A stretch of 64,000 bases of DNA from Patescibacteria group bacterium. GTDB taxonomy: Bacteria; Patescibacteriota; Saccharimonadia; UBA4664; SCTI01. The translations under genes and the position numbers were made by a program. The DNA lies in the NCBI GenBank assembly GCA_004297735.1, contig SCTI01000002.1, positions 350,180 through 414,179 on the forward strand, written 5' to 3'. Under the pieces are notes generated by a model, which saw only the letters and a list, made by a program, of their open reading frames with translations, was not told where the DNA came from and ran no database searches. Positions within the stretch are counted from its first letter, which is position 1; every line of letters begins with the position of its first letter. Positions 41,594 through 51,595 of this stretch are shown here, in pieces.

Positions 41594-41607
41594 ATTAATG
41601 GTAAAAG

Positions 41608-42309
41608 GTGGTTATGACTCCACGACAACAGTATGTGCTCAGCGCCATTATTGAGGCCTACGCTAAAACGGCCGAACCGATCAGTTCGATGCAGCTGACC
41701 GATACCATTGAGGTGTCGTCGGCTACCATTCGCGCCGAGATGGCTGAGCTGGAGCGTCTGGGTTATATTCACCAGCCACACACCTCGGCTGGGCGCGTGC
41801 CAACCGACAAGGGCTACCGTTTGTACGTCAACAATATTGAGCAGCTGCAGGCCGATAGTCGAACCAGCCAGGCCATTGCTAAACGGGTGGCTAGCGCCGG
41901 TGAGGCCGAGCGAGCGGTCAAGACAGCGGTCAACTCTCTGGTTGAGCTGACGCACAACATGGGCTGGGCCAAGTTGAGTGACGGACTTTACTTGCGGGGC
42001 ATGGCCAGCTTGTTTGCTCAACCCGAGTTAGCCCAGAGCGGTCAGGCCTTTGAGGTTGCCCGATTAGTGGACAGCTTGGATGAGTGGATGAGCGAGGTGC
42101 GACATGATGACAATCGCGTAACCGTGTTTATTGGCCACGAAAACCCAATTGGCAAGAACAGCGGTTGTAGTTTGATCATCGCTCGCTTTGCTTCGCCCTA
42201 CAGCGATGAAAGTTACTTGGGGATGATTGGTCCGACTCGACAAAATTATCCTCGCGTAATTGGCTTGATGGATTACACCAGTAGAATGCTCGAGGAGGTG
42301 CTAGCATGA
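41608..42309 (+). CDS. hrcA: heat-inducible transcription repressor HrcA (short form)
   Basis: N-terminal winged HTH (RQQYVLSAIIEAY...SSATIRAEMAELERLGYI), operon context and CIRCE sites. Confidence 0.8.
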   Translation: MVMTPRQQYVLSAIIEAYAKTAEPISSMQLTDTIEVSSATIRAEMAELERLGYIHQPHTSAGRVPTDKGYRLYVNNIEQLQADSRTSQAIAKRVASAGEAERAVKTAVNSLVELTHNMGWAKLSDGLYLRGMASLFAQPELAQSGQAFEVARLVDSLDEWMSEVRHDDNRVTVFIGHENPIGKNSGCSLIIARFASPYSDESYLGMIGPTRQNYPRVIGLMDYTSRMLEEVLA

Positions 42310-42794
42310 GCAAGAAAGAAACCGCTAAAAAGCCGACCAAGCAGGATGCTCGAATTGCTGAGCTCGAGGCGCAAATCGCCGAGCTAACCAGCGATGCGCA
42401 GCGAGTGCAGGCTGAGTTTCTCAACTATAAGCGGCGAGAGACGGAGGCCAAGGCTGAACTAACCGATATGGTTAAACAAAGCGTCATCATCGAGTTGCTG
42501 CCTTTGCTCGACAACATCGATCGAGCACTCGCTCATCAGCCGGAAGATCTCAAGGATCACCCCTGGGCCAATGGCGTGGTGGCGGTTGGTAAGCAGGTTC
42601 AGGATTCGCTCAAGTCGCTGGGCGTGGAGCGGATTGAGTCGGTTGGGCAGCCTTTTGATCACAATCTGCACGAGGCCATCAGTATGGACGATGGCGACGG
42701 TGATGAAGAGGTGGTGACTGAGGAATTGCAGCCAGGTTATAAAATCGGCGATCGGGTAATCCGACACGCCATGGTTAAGGTGGGGAGAAAGTAA
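42306..42794 (+). CDS. grpE: nucleotide exchange factor GrpE
   Basis: Coiled-coil N-terminus, RLKADFENYRKR-like FLNYKRR motif, C-terminal beta domain. Confidence 0.85.
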   Translation: MSKKETAKKPTKQDARIAELEAQIAELTSDAQRVQAEFLNYKRRETEAKAELTDMVKQSVIIELLPLLDNIDRALAHQPEDLKDHPWANGVVAVGKQVQDSLKSLGVERIESVGQPFDHNLHEAISMDDGDGDEEVVTEELQPGYKIGDRVIRHAMVKVGRK

Positions 42795-42795
42795 T

Positions 42796-43203
42796 ATGGA
42801 GCATCAACCAATGCCAGATCCAACACCAGATGGCCTCCTAGATCAAAAGGCCGTAGAGGCTTCGCTTATGGCGCTGGACGAAAGGGCCAAGGCTGAGCAG
42901 CAATACATGCACGAACAGTTAGAGGCTGGCATAAGGCCGAGTCAACTACTGGAGCAACTTGGAGGCAAGGAAGAGGCGGCGCGGATTATTGGCGAGTATT
43001 ACGCCGATGAGCTTGCGTCGAATCCGGAGGATAGAGAGTTTAATGAATGGGTGAACATACTTGAATTGCATAATAATGGCGCTACCGCCCAGCAGATCAT
43101 TGATCGGTATGGCGGACGCGAAGAGCTGGAGCGAGTACTTGGAACAAAAGCGGCTCAAGGATTTGTAGAAGATGCCAGACAAGAACTGAAAGGAGATAAC
43201 TAA
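42796..43203 (+). CDS. hypothetical 135-aa acidic protein embedded between grpE and dnaK
   Basis: Start 2 nt after the grpE stop; stop overlaps the dnaK start (TAATG). No motif. Confidence 0.5.
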   Translation: MEHQPMPDPTPDGLLDQKAVEASLMALDERAKAEQQYMHEQLEAGIRPSQLLEQLGGKEEAARIIGEYYADELASNPEDREFNEWVNILELHNNGATAQQIIDRYGGREELERVLGTKAAQGFVEDARQELKGDN

Positions 43204-45110
43204 TGGGTAAAATTATTGGAATCGATTTAGGAACTACCAACTCCGCGATGGCGGTTATGGAGGGTGGTCAGGCAACGATTATTGCCAACGCTGAGGGCGG
43301 ACGCACCACTCCGTCAATTGTGGCGGTTAACAAGAATGGTGAGCGTTTGGTTGGCCAGACCGCTAAGCGCCAGGCGGTTATTAACTCCGAAAACACAGTG
43401 TTTGAGGTTAAGCGTCTGATTGGCCGCAAGTTTGAGGACGAAGAGGTCCAGCGCGACATTAAGCTAGTGCCGTACAAGATTGAAAAGGCCGGTACCGCGG
43501 TTAAGGTGAAGATGGGTGACAAGTCGCACACTCCCGAAGAGGTTTCGGCGATGATTCTAGCCAAGCTGAAGGCCGACGCCGAGGCTTACGTGGGCGGCCC
43601 GGTGACCGAGGCAGTGATTACCGTACCGGCTTACTTTAACGACGCGCAGCGCCAGGCGACCAAGGACGCCGGTAAGATTGCCGGCCTAGAGGTAAAGCGC
43701 ATCATCAACGAGCCTACCGCGGCGGCGTTGGCCTACGGTCTCGACAAGAAGAAAGAAGAGAAGATCGTGGTCTATGACCTCGGTGGTGGTACCTTTGACG
43801 TTTCCGTACTCGAGCTTGGCGACGGCGTGTTCGAGGTAAAAAGCACCAACGGTGACACCCACCTGGGTGGTGCCGACTTTGATAACGTGATTATGCATCA
43901 CTTAATTGACCAGTTCCAAAGCCAAGAGGGAATTGATCTAAAGGACGACAAGGCGGCGGTACAGCGTTTGAAGGAAGCTGCAGAGAAGGCCAAGATTGAG
44001 TTGTCGAGCGCCCAGGAAACCGAGATTAACCTGCCGTTTATTACCGCCGATGCTAATGGTCCAAAGCACTTTGTGTACAACTTAACGCGCAGCAAGCTCG
44101 AGCAGCTGGTAAAGGAACTGGTCGACAAGACCGCGATTCCGTGTGAAGCGGCACTTAAGGACGCCGGCTTGAAGGCCAGCGATATCGACGAGATCATCCT
44201 GGTTGGCGGTATGACTCGTATGCCAGCGGTGGCTGCCAAGGTCCAAGAAATCTTTGGCAAGGAGCCGCTCAAGGGTGTGAATCCCGATGAGGTGGTGGCG
44301 ATTGGTGCCGCGGTTCAGGGCGGTGTGTTGGCCGGTGACGTTAAGGATGTTCTTTTGCTCGACGTTACTCCCCTGTCGCTGGGTATCGAGACCATGGGTG
44401 GTGTTTCGACAAAGCTAATTGAGCGCAACACGACCATCCCAACCAGCAAGAGCCAGGTGTTTAGTACGGCCGAGGACAATCAGCCCCAGGTTGAGATTAA
44501 CGTGCTCCAAGGCGAACGCGAGATGGCGGCCGATAACAAGAGCCTGGGCCGATTCCAGCTGACCGATATCCCGGCCGCTCCGCGTGGTGTGCCTCAGATT
44601 GAGGTAACCTTTAACATTGACGCCAACGGCATTGTGCATGTTAGCGCTAAGGATAAGGGCACCGGTAAGGAAAACAGTATTCAGATTACCGGCAGCGGCA
44701 ACATGAGTGATGAGGACATCAAGAAGGCTCAGGCCGAAGCTGAAGCTCACGCCGATGAGGACAAGAAGAAGAAAGAGCTGGTTGAGGCCCGCAACACCTT
44801 GGATAACATGATCTACCAGGGCGAAAAGACGCTCAAGGATGCTGGCGATAAGGCCAAGCCAGAGGACAAGACCGCGCTCGAGGAAGCTCTCAAGGAGGCC
44901 AAGAGCAAGGTGGAGTCTGATACTAAGGATGAACTCGAAGCGGCCGGTAAGGCACTGAGCGAAAAGATGCAGACCGTTGGTGCTGCTGCCTACGAGGCTG
45001 CCAGCGATGAAGCCAAGAAGGACGAGGGCGCCGCAGGCTCAACCGATGAAGCTAAAAAGGATGACGAGCCAGTAGAGGGCGAAGTTGTCGACAAGAAAGA
45101 CGACAAGTAA
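43203..45110 (+). CDS. dnaK: molecular chaperone DnaK (Hsp70)
   Basis: [18 protein letters not shown], full-length Hsp70. Confidence 0.95.
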   Translation: MGKIIGIDLGTTNSAMAVMEGGQATIIANAEGGRTTPSIVAVNKNGERLVGQTAKRQAVINSENTVFEVKRLIGRKFEDEEVQRDIKLVPYKIEKAGTAVKVKMGDKSHTPEEVSAMILAKLKADAEAYVGGPVTEAVITVPAYFNDAQRQATKDAGKIAGLEVKRIINEPTAAALAYGLDKKKEEKIVVYDLGGGTFDVSVLELGDGVFEVKSTNGDTHLGGADFDNVIMHHLIDQFQSQEGIDLKDDKAAVQRLKEAAEKAKIELSSAQETEINLPFITADANGPKHFVYNLTRSKLEQLVKELVDKTAIPCEAALKDAGLKASDIDEIILVGGMTRMPAVAAKVQEIFGKEPLKGVNPDEVVAIGAAVQGGVLAGDVKDVLLLDVTPLSLGIETMGGVSTKLIERNTTIPTSKSQVFSTAEDNQPQVEINVLQGEREMAADNKSLGRFQLTDIPAAPRGVPQIEVTFNIDANGIVHVSAKDKGTGKENSIQITGSGNMSDEDIKKAQAEAEAHADEDKKKKELVEARNTLDNMIYQGEKTLKDAGDKAKPEDKTALEEALKEAKSKVESDTKDELEAAGKALSEKMQTVGAAAYEAASDEAKKDEGAAGSTDEAKKDDEPVEGEVVDKKDDK

Positions 45111-45136
45111 TATAACTAAAAGCTGAAAGCAGGCAC

Positions 45137-46240
45137 GTGGCTAAACGTGATTACTACGACATTTTAGGAGTTTCGAAGTCGGCCAGTGCCGATGAGATTA
45201 AGCGTGCCTACCGTAAGCTCGCCATGAAGCATCACCCCGATAAGCATGGTGGCGACGACAAGGAGTTCAAAGAGGTTGCCGAGGCTTATGAGGTCTTAAA
45301 AGATGACCAAAAGCGAGCTCAGTATGATCAGTTTGGCCACAATGGCCCATTTGGCGGTGGAAGAGCTGGTGGCCCGGGCGCCGGTGGCTTTAATGGTCAG
45401 CAGTTTGACTTTAGTCAGTTTGGCGGCGGCTTTGGCGACATTTTCGACATGTTTATGGGCGGCCAACAGGGCGGTCGCAGTCAGGGCCCGCGTCGTGGGG
45501 CAGATTTAGAGACCGCGGTGACAGTTGAGTTTAAGGACGCTATTTTTGGCACCGAAGAAACGCTCAACTTTAACGCCGAGGACCAGTGTGACCGTTGTCG
45601 CGGTAAGGGCGCCGAGCCGGGCAGCAAGATCAAGACCTGCGATACCTGTAAGGGCCAGGGCCAGGTAACCCGGATGCAGCAGACGATTTTGGGTTCAATT
45701 CGTCAAAACATGGTTTGCCCAACCTGCCACGGTGAAGGCGAGATTCCGGAGCAAAAATGTTCGCACTGTCACGGTAAGGGAACGGTTAAAAAGGCGCGCA
45801 AGGTTAAGGTGAAGATCCCGGCTGGAGTTGATAACGGTACCACTATTCGCCTGGCTGAACAGGGTGGCGCCGACCGCAAGGGGCCCAATGGCGATCTTTA
45901 CGTGCATATTCGCGTAAAGCCGCATAAGGAGCTGGTGCGCGAAGGCCAAAATATTACCTCAACCACGACCATTCCCATGACCCTAGCGACTCTAGGTGGC
46001 GAGATTGAGGTGTTAACCGTTGATGGCGATATTACGCTCAAGATTCCGGCGGGTACTCAGGGCGGCAAAAAGTTTAAGCTCAGCGAGCACGGCGTGCCTA
46101 GCCTTAGCCGCAGCGGGCGCCGCGGTGATCATATTGTTACCGTTACGGTTGAGACTCCAACCAAGTTGAGCGCCAAGCAAAAGCAGCTGCTGGAAGAGTT
46201 TGAGGAAGCCAGCGGCAAAAAGCCTTTCTGGAAAAAATAG
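45137..46240 (+). CDS. dnaJ: co-chaperone DnaJ
   Basis: J-domain with HPD; four CxxCxGxG zinc-finger repeats. GTG start. Confidence 0.9.
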   Translation: MAKRDYYDILGVSKSASADEIKRAYRKLAMKHHPDKHGGDDKEFKEVAEAYEVLKDDQKRAQYDQFGHNGPFGGGRAGGPGAGGFNGQQFDFSQFGGGFGDIFDMFMGGQQGGRSQGPRRGADLETAVTVEFKDAIFGTEETLNFNAEDQCDRCRGKGAEPGSKIKTCDTCKGQGQVTRMQQTILGSIRQNMVCPTCHGEGEIPEQKCSHCHGKGTVKKARKVKVKIPAGVDNGTTIRLAEQGGADRKGPNGDLYVHIRVKPHKELVREGQNITSTTTIPMTLATLGGEIEVLTVDGDITLKIPAGTQGGKKFKLSEHGVPSLSRSGRRGDHIVTVTVETPTKLSAKQKQLLEEFEEASGKKPFWKK

Positions 46241-46276
46241 CCAACCGGCGCTACAATTAAGCCAGGTAAAACGCTT

Positions 46277-46786
46277 ATGCAAATCCCGGCTTTCAGCATC
46301 GATCTTTTTATTATCCTCGGCACCGCCCTGGTCTGCCTGTATGGCGCCATGGCGGGTCAAGGCGCCTTGATTCGAGAGACCATCAGCGTCTACGTTGGCA
46401 TTGTGCTGGCCAGCACCTTTGCGGAGCCGCTTTACAACTACAGCCAGCAGCAGGCAGGTGGTAACTACGGCGTGAGCAAAACCATCATCGGCCTACTGTT
46501 GCTGATCCTGCCAATCTTGATTCTACTCTTGGCCAACCGCCATCATCATATTCGTCGCCACAGCAGCTTGATTGTAACTTTGATTTTGGCGGTGCTGGCC
46601 GCGATGTTGCTAATTTCGAGCATAATTGCTCAGTTTGATTCGGCGGCAGTTCAAACCATTACCAATGAATCAAACCTGGCCTCCCAGATAAACAGCTTCC
46701 ATTTGGCCTGGCTGGGGTTGGTGCCTTTGGCAATTGGCGCTTCAATGTTGTTTCATCGATCCGAAGAGAAGCGACGTCGTCATTAA
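46277..46786 (+). CDS. hypothetical membrane protein, CvpA-like
   Basis: 4 TM; N-terminal IDLFIILGTALVCLYGAMAG resembles the CvpA family. Confidence 0.4.
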   Translation: MQIPAFSIDLFIILGTALVCLYGAMAGQGALIRETISVYVGIVLASTFAEPLYNYSQQQAGGNYGVSKTIIGLLLLILPILILLLANRHHHIRRHSSLIVTLILAVLAAMLLISSIIAQFDSAAVQTITNESNLASQINSFHLAWLGLVPLAIGASMLFHRSEEKRRRH

Positions 46787-46831
46787 ATATTATGATCACA
46801 AAGGCAGTTTGTAGCTGGTAGAATAACAACC

Positions 46832-47311
46832 ATGGAACAACAAAGTGTAGCGCCACCCGGCAATGAAATAAGTAGCTCAAATATCGAGCCGACCCCAGTA
46901 AAAGATAAGGAGATGTATGCCAATGAGCTGAGGGAGCTTTCTGACAAAGCATTAGCCGACCAGCTTAGCATTTTGGTTGATGGGTTTAATCGAATCCAAG
47001 ACTTTGATCCGGGCAAAAGTGAGCACATGGACTTGCGCAACCGGATGCTGGCAGCCCAGCAAGTGACTGGTGAGCGTGGCCTACTGGATGGCCTACCGCC
47101 AGCTTCACCGGATAAAGACACCGATGATGACCCGGGTATGTCGGGCAGTTACGCCCTCCGGGTTGGTGGCGGGGTGGATGTAGTTTCGGCAAAAGGTGAC
47201 ATACTTTCTAGTCGGCCCGCATCTACGGTTCATTCAAAAGAGGCTAGTACTCCCAAGCCCCTTGATTTACCGGATATCGATAACCGCGCTAGACCTCAGC
47301 AGAATGGATAG
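46832..47311 (+). CDS. hypothetical acidic protein (159 aa)
   Basis: ORF with RBS, no motif. Confidence 0.4.
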   Translation: MEQQSVAPPGNEISSSNIEPTPVKDKEMYANELRELSDKALADQLSILVDGFNRIQDFDPGKSEHMDLRNRMLAAQQVTGERGLLDGLPPASPDKDTDDDPGMSGSYALRVGGGVDVVSAKGDILSSRPASTVHSKEASTPKPLDLPDIDNRARPQQNG

Positions 47312-47378
47312 AGCCGATCGGCTGCAGATTGACCAAAGCCCCTATTTTAGGTATAGTAAGTCAGTTATTTACAGGTGT

Positions 47379-47455
47379 GGGCCCATAGCTCAGTTGGTTA
47401 GAGCGAGAGCCTTTTAAGCTCTGCGTCCTGGGTTCGAATCCCAGTGGGCCCTCCA
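47379..47455 (+). tRNA. tRNA-Lys (UUU)
   Basis: GGGCCCATAGCTCAGTTGGTTAGAGCGAGAGCCTTTTAAGCTCTGCGTCCTGGGTTCGAATCCCAGTGGGCCCTCCA. Confidence 0.85.
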
Positions 47456-47474
47456 GGAATTATAGGTCTAATAC

Positions 47475-47520
47475 ATAAAAGAGAAATGTCGCCTCCGCAG
47501 AACCACGGTGGCGACATTTC
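47475..47520 (-). terminator. rho-independent terminator for the minus-strand nuclease gene (possibly bidirectional)
   Basis: gaaatgtcgcc...ggcgacatttc 10-bp stem followed (minus strand) by a tctttt run. Confidence 0.5.
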
Positions 47521-47537
47521 AGTATCTATATTGTAAT

Positions 47538-47921
47538 CTACCGCTTACGAAAATCAAGTACTCCATGTGATTTAGTAATGACTTTGAGGTTTTTCGCACT
47601 TTTAATATCTGTGAACTCTTTTTCTAGTCTCACGATATTTACCTTGTCCGGCATTTTAGAATTACGTAGATCAAATATTATATTCTTTGATTGCCCCAGA
47701 GCTACTTTAAACGCGCGCTTTATTGTATGAGTGCTCTTGCCGGTCGGGCACTTTATTTCCCAGTCGATACCAGCCATTCTAATATCTGGAGTTCTCGCAC
47801 CTTTGCGCTGAACGGGTGGGAGTAGTTCAATATCGAAACCTTGATCTGTCAGGAATACGACCGTAGCATTTTCGTGCGTATGAAGAACGACGCCGTTTGG
47901 TGTTATTTTACCCTTTTTCAT
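47538..47921 (-). CDS. small PD-(D/E)xK nuclease-fold protein, Hjc/Mrr-like (127 aa), low-GC
   Basis: HENATVVFLTDQGFDIELLP...TPDIRMAGIDWEIKCPTGKST parallels the E...PD...(D/E)xK arrangement of archaeal Hjc-type resolvases and restriction-endonuclease-like nucleases. AT-rich codons. Confidence 0.45.
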   Translation of the reverse strand: MKKGKITPNGVVLHTHENATVVFLTDQGFDIELLPPVQRKGARTPDIRMAGIDWEIKCPTGKSTHTIKRAFKVALGQSKNIIFDLRNSKMPDKVNIVRLEKEFTDIKSAKNLKVITKSHGVLDFRKR

Positions 47922-48077
47922 AGCGGTCAGTATAACAGTTTGCCAAAATATTTCTTGAGTTGGAGTTAATAAAATGGCTATTTTGGTATGATTGTATAAA
48001 TAGCGTTGTATTGCGGCGAAAGGAATTAAGATGATGAGCGTAACAATTCAGCGGAAACTCATAGAGGTGTTTAGGGC

Positions 48078-48398
48078 ATGAGTTATAAAGTTGTCCGGTC
48101 AGAAGAAGCGGTGGCGCGAGAAATAGTACCGACCTATCATGCTCATAATTTCATCACCAAAGAAATTAGCCCAAATTTTTCATTAGCGGTTAATGAAGCG
48201 AAGGATCACCAAGAGACCGAGACCACCGAGTACGATCGGATTTATTATGTGATTGAGGGCATAATTGTGTTTGATTTTGATGGGGATCACGCTGAGGTAA
48301 AAGCCGGCGATAGCTGCTTTATTTCTAAAGGGACTACATACGATTTCGGTGGCACATTTAAGGCGGTGGTTGTGAACCAGCCGGCGTTTGGGGTTTAA
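48078..48398 (+). CDS. cupin-domain protein (106 aa)
   Basis: Cupin_2-like motifs (YYVIEG..., GDSCFISKGTTYDF). Confidence 0.5.
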   Translation: MSYKVVRSEEAVAREIVPTYHAHNFITKEISPNFSLAVNEAKDHQETETTEYDRIYYVIEGIIVFDFDGDHAEVKAGDSCFISKGTTYDFGGTFKAVVVNQPAFGV

Positions 48399-48480
48399 TT
48401 GCCAACTTGCCCTCCCTTCGCGTAGGGCGTAAGATGTTCTTCAGTTGCAGTGCAACCGTACACCTACCAAGGAGATGTAC

Positions 48481-48768
48481 ATGGAAGCGACTCTTGACGA
48501 TCTGGCCTCCGCGCTTTTGAGCGAGCGGCCGGATAGGCTCACCCCTGAGCTTGTCGATCTGGTTTGCCGCAGTCATCCCGAATCCGAGGACTTGTGCCTC
48601 AAGGGCGTTCGCCGCCAGCATGTCTTCCACTTGCTCGAGCGCATTCCGCGTTGGAACAAGAACTGGGAGGACGGGTACAAGAGGATGCACACCGACCTCC
48701 TCAAGTGGCTGCAGCAGCTGCGTGATGACCTGGCCATTCTCGAGGAGCCGGCTCCCGCCAAGGCCTGA
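48481..48768 (+). CDS. hypothetical protein (95 aa), high-GC islet
   Basis: aaggag RBS before MEATLDDL. The ORF-track entry starts at an upstream ATG (48445). GC3-rich codons. Confidence 0.4.
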   Translation: MEATLDDLASALLSERPDRLTPELVDLVCRSHPESEDLCLKGVRRQHVFHLLERIPRWNKNWEDGYKRMHTDLLKWLQQLRDDLAILEEPAPAKA

Positions 48769-48820
48769 TCGGGCCGTAGACTTGGGTCGAGGGGCGCACG
48801 ATGCTACCCCTCGATACCGA

Positions 48821-48845
48821 ACCGCCTATTGGGCGGTTTTTGCTT
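48821..48845 (+). terminator. rho-independent terminator
   Basis: ccgcc-tattg-ggcgg stem followed by tttttgctt. Confidence 0.45.
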
Positions 48846-48879
48846 ATGTTAGACTTTATTTAAGTATAAGGGTTGAGGT

Positions 48880-49146
48880 ATGTCTCCAGAAAAAGGTCCA
48901 GGGCCAGAGGATCGAGATTTAATTCCTGGTAGTGAAGAGGTAGAGCTTGAGGACAAAGCGAGAGAGGAGGGGCGCCTCCAGCGCATAGCTGGGTTAGAGG
49001 AGCGCTTAGAAGAGGCTTATGCTGGTATAGAGGAGGTCAGGGGGAGTGAATTACCGGATGCGGAGAAGAGCAAAAGAATACTCCAGTTTGAGGATGAGAT
49101 AAGGAACCTCGAGCGCCAACTAGATGAATTGGAGAGGACCGATTAG
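48880..49146 (+). CDS. hypothetical charged coiled-coil protein (88 aa)
   Basis: ggttgagg RBS; Glu/Arg-rich heptads. Confidence 0.4.
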   Translation: MSPEKGPGPEDRDLIPGSEEVELEDKAREEGRLQRIAGLEERLEEAYAGIEEVRGSELPDAEKSKRILQFEDEIRNLERQLDELERTD

Positions 49147-49152
49147 CCGTCA

Positions 49153-49749
49153 ATGAAAACTATATGTATTTTTGGCGATAGTATAACCTGGGGGCGCGGA
49201 TTGGAGTCCCGAGTCGGATGGGCCAATTTATTAAGAAACGAGCTCGAGGCCCAGGATGACTCAATTCACGTGTACGATCTTGGTATCGATGGCAACACTA
49301 CCCACGATTTGCTTGAACGGGTTCCTGGTGAGGCCAAGGTTCGCAAGCCAGACATTATTATTTGGGCGATTGGCGTGAACGATTCAGCCTATCGCAAGAC
49401 ACCTAATTATCCGTTAATAAAGGCTGAGCAGTTTGAGGATAATTTGGACACTTTATTTGAACTTGGGGCAGAAATGGCTCAAAAACAACTTTGTGTTGGC
49501 ATAGCCAAAGGTAGTGACGCCAATACAACGCCGCTTCCGGGCAGTACAACCGGTAAGTGTTACGTTAAGCAAAGAGTACGCGAGTATGACGAAATTATTA
49601 AGAGCGTCGCAATGGACACCGGCATTGAATATGTGAGCATTAGCTCGGTGCTAAGCGATAACGATTTTTATGATGGCTTGCATCCGAACGAAAAGGGCCA
49701 CAAAAAGATCTTTGAGCGGGTTTTACCGGCCGTCGAAGAGCTTTTATAG
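49153..49749 (+). CDS. SGNH/GDSL-family hydrolase
   Basis: Block I GDSITWG, block III GVNDS, block V DGLHPN. Confidence 0.75.
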   Translation: MKTICIFGDSITWGRGLESRVGWANLLRNELEAQDDSIHVYDLGIDGNTTHDLLERVPGEAKVRKPDIIIWAIGVNDSAYRKTPNYPLIKAEQFEDNLDTLFELGAEMAQKQLCVGIAKGSDANTTPLPGSTTGKCYVKQRVREYDEIIKSVAMDTGIEYVSISSVLSDNDFYDGLHPNEKGHKKIFERVLPAVEELL

Positions 49750-50001
49750 ATGTCAGACTTTAACTGGCTGATTGCAGCCGGCCTGCTTGTAGGGTATGCG
49801 GTAGTAGATGGTTTGTATGCCTACTACACGCTGGCGGTTGTGAAGCGGCAGGCGATGGCGGCGGCTTCAACTAGCTTTATTATGCATTTTATTTTGGCAG
49901 CCGGAGTATTTAGTTATACTCAAAACTTTTTATACACTATCCCTTTGGCGATAGGCTCATTTGTTGGAACTTACTTGGTTACAAAGTATATCCGACAGTA
50001 A
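49750..50001 (+). CDS. small membrane protein (83 aa)
   Basis: Start immediately after the stop of the SGNH hydrolase gene (TAGATG). Two TM helices. Confidence 0.4.
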   Translation: MSDFNWLIAAGLLVGYAVVDGLYAYYTLAVVKRQAMAAASTSFIMHFILAAGVFSYTQNFLYTIPLAIGSFVGTYLVTKYIRQ

Positions 50002-50062
50002 GCGTAATCTAGATTGTAAACCGGATCAGAAATCGTTAATCTCGGTTCGCTAATGTGTTGGT

Positions 50063-51505
50063 GTGGGTTTGAGTCGTCCGGTTCAGTTCGTGGTTTTGTT
50101 TGTGGCGCTAGTGGTCGGCATTATGGTCGGTCGAAGCGGCTACGCTGTTGAATTGATTTGGGTGGTGGGGTTGACGGGCGCGTGGTTATGTTTGGTGTTG
50201 GTGGGTTCACGCTTGGCCTTTGGTTTTTTGACGATGGCGTTTTTGCTATTTGGAGTTTGGCGGGGGTATCAAACGGACTTACCACGAACTTGGCTGGGCC
50301 AGCACTTGAATCAGAAGGCGGTTGTTGTGGGTACGATTGCCGATGATCCGGCCATGAATCAATATGGCAACGTCGAGTTTACCCTGAGCGGGGTTCAGCT
50401 TGACGGTGTCCGGGTGGCGCAGTCGATTAAGGTGAGACTGGCGAGCTATAAATCATTGCGGCGAGGCTATCGGGTGGTTGTGACCGGCAAGCTGGCCGAG
50501 ACTTTGGGTGCTGCGCCAGTACGGATCAGCTTTGCGCAAATTCAAGTTGTTTCAACCGAGATTGGCTGGCTGGAGCGATTGCGGGGCCGGTTCTTTATTG
50601 CCCTAAAGGAGGCGGTTCCCGAACCAATGTCGGGTTTTGCAGTCGGCATATTGGTGGGCGCACGGGCGGTGATGACCGACGAGCTGCAGCGGGCCCTATC
50701 GGTGGCGGGCCTAACTCATTTGGTGGCGGTTTCTGGATATAATTTAACCATTTTGGCGCAGGCCGCTCAGCGAATATGCGGTCGGTTTTCTTTGTTTGTA
50801 GCCACCGCCGTAACACTGTGGTTGGTGGCCGGCTTTGTTGGTATTGCCGGCTTTAGCGCCAGCATAATTCGAGCTTCGATGGTGGCGGGCTTGGGTCTGC
50901 TCATAACCTATTACGGCTATGAGGCGCGGCCAGCTACAATTTTGGCTGTGCCTGGGATATTAACTCTTGCCTGGAATCCCGACTATTTAATTAGAGACAT
51001 GGGCTGGCAGTTATCGTTTTTGGCCTTTTTTGGCGTCTTGGTTTTTGCCCCTTTACTTGAGCAGCGCTTAATTAAAAATCCAACCATGCTCAAATCATTA
51101 TTTATTGAATCTACGTCCGCTCACATAATTACCCTACCTTTAATTATGTGGCGTTTCGAAACGGTGTCGGTAGTGGCACCGTTGGTCAATGTGATCATCC
51201 TGCCACTGGTACCGCTGGCCATGCTGTTGAGTTTTATTACTGGACTACTTGGTATGGCTCATACCGGGTTAACGGCGGTGGCGGCCTGGCCCACCACCGG
51301 TTTGCTGTCGCTAATTATTGCGGCAGCGATGACCGCCAAGCAGCTACCGTTTGCGAGCGTTAGTCTTGGTGCGTCACCGTGGCAGGTTGCGGCGGCTTAT
51401 GGGTTGATAGCGGCAGTTACGTGGTTTCTTTACCGTGGCAGCCAGGGGGTGCCGCAGGTGGATAGTAATCGCTTGGCGGGGACGGTGGTGGCGAAAGGTA
51501 GGTAG
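50063..51505 (+). CDS. comEC: ComEC/Rec2-family DNA uptake channel (no metallo-beta-lactamase domain)
   Basis: GTG start. DUF4131-like N-terminal region and competence domain (LTHLVAVSGYNLTILA), polytopic. Confidence 0.75.
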   Translation: MGLSRPVQFVVLFVALVVGIMVGRSGYAVELIWVVGLTGAWLCLVLVGSRLAFGFLTMAFLLFGVWRGYQTDLPRTWLGQHLNQKAVVVGTIADDPAMNQYGNVEFTLSGVQLDGVRVAQSIKVRLASYKSLRRGYRVVVTGKLAETLGAAPVRISFAQIQVVSTEIGWLERLRGRFFIALKEAVPEPMSGFAVGILVGARAVMTDELQRALSVAGLTHLVAVSGYNLTILAQAAQRICGRFSLFVATAVTLWLVAGFVGIAGFSASIIRASMVAGLGLLITYYGYEARPATILAVPGILTLAWNPDYLIRDMGWQLSFLAFFGVLVFAPLLEQRLIKNPTMLKSLFIESTSAHIITLPLIMWRFETVSVVAPLVNVIILPLVPLAMLLSFITGLLGMAHTGLTAVAAWPTTGLLSLIIAAAMTAKQLPFASVSLGASPWQVAAAYGLIAAVTWFLYRGSQGVPQVDSNRLAGTVVAKGR

Positions 51506-51595
51506 TTCGCCTTTTGTACGTTTTAACAGGTGAGTGGTATAATTATAGTATTCAGTTATCCACAACTCAAACGACGGCAGAAGGAGTAAACAAAC

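Noticed and set aside
41275-41600. Possibility that the tRNA-like element is the ssrA (tmRNA) gene
   Set aside because: The acceptor/T-arm resemble a tmRNA tRNA-like domain. But the 5' and 3' acceptor strands are only about 55 nt apart. No plausible tag reading frame ending in a hydrophobic ...AA stop was found. The space up to hrcA is occupied by promoter and CIRCE sites. Left as an unresolved tRNA-like fragment.
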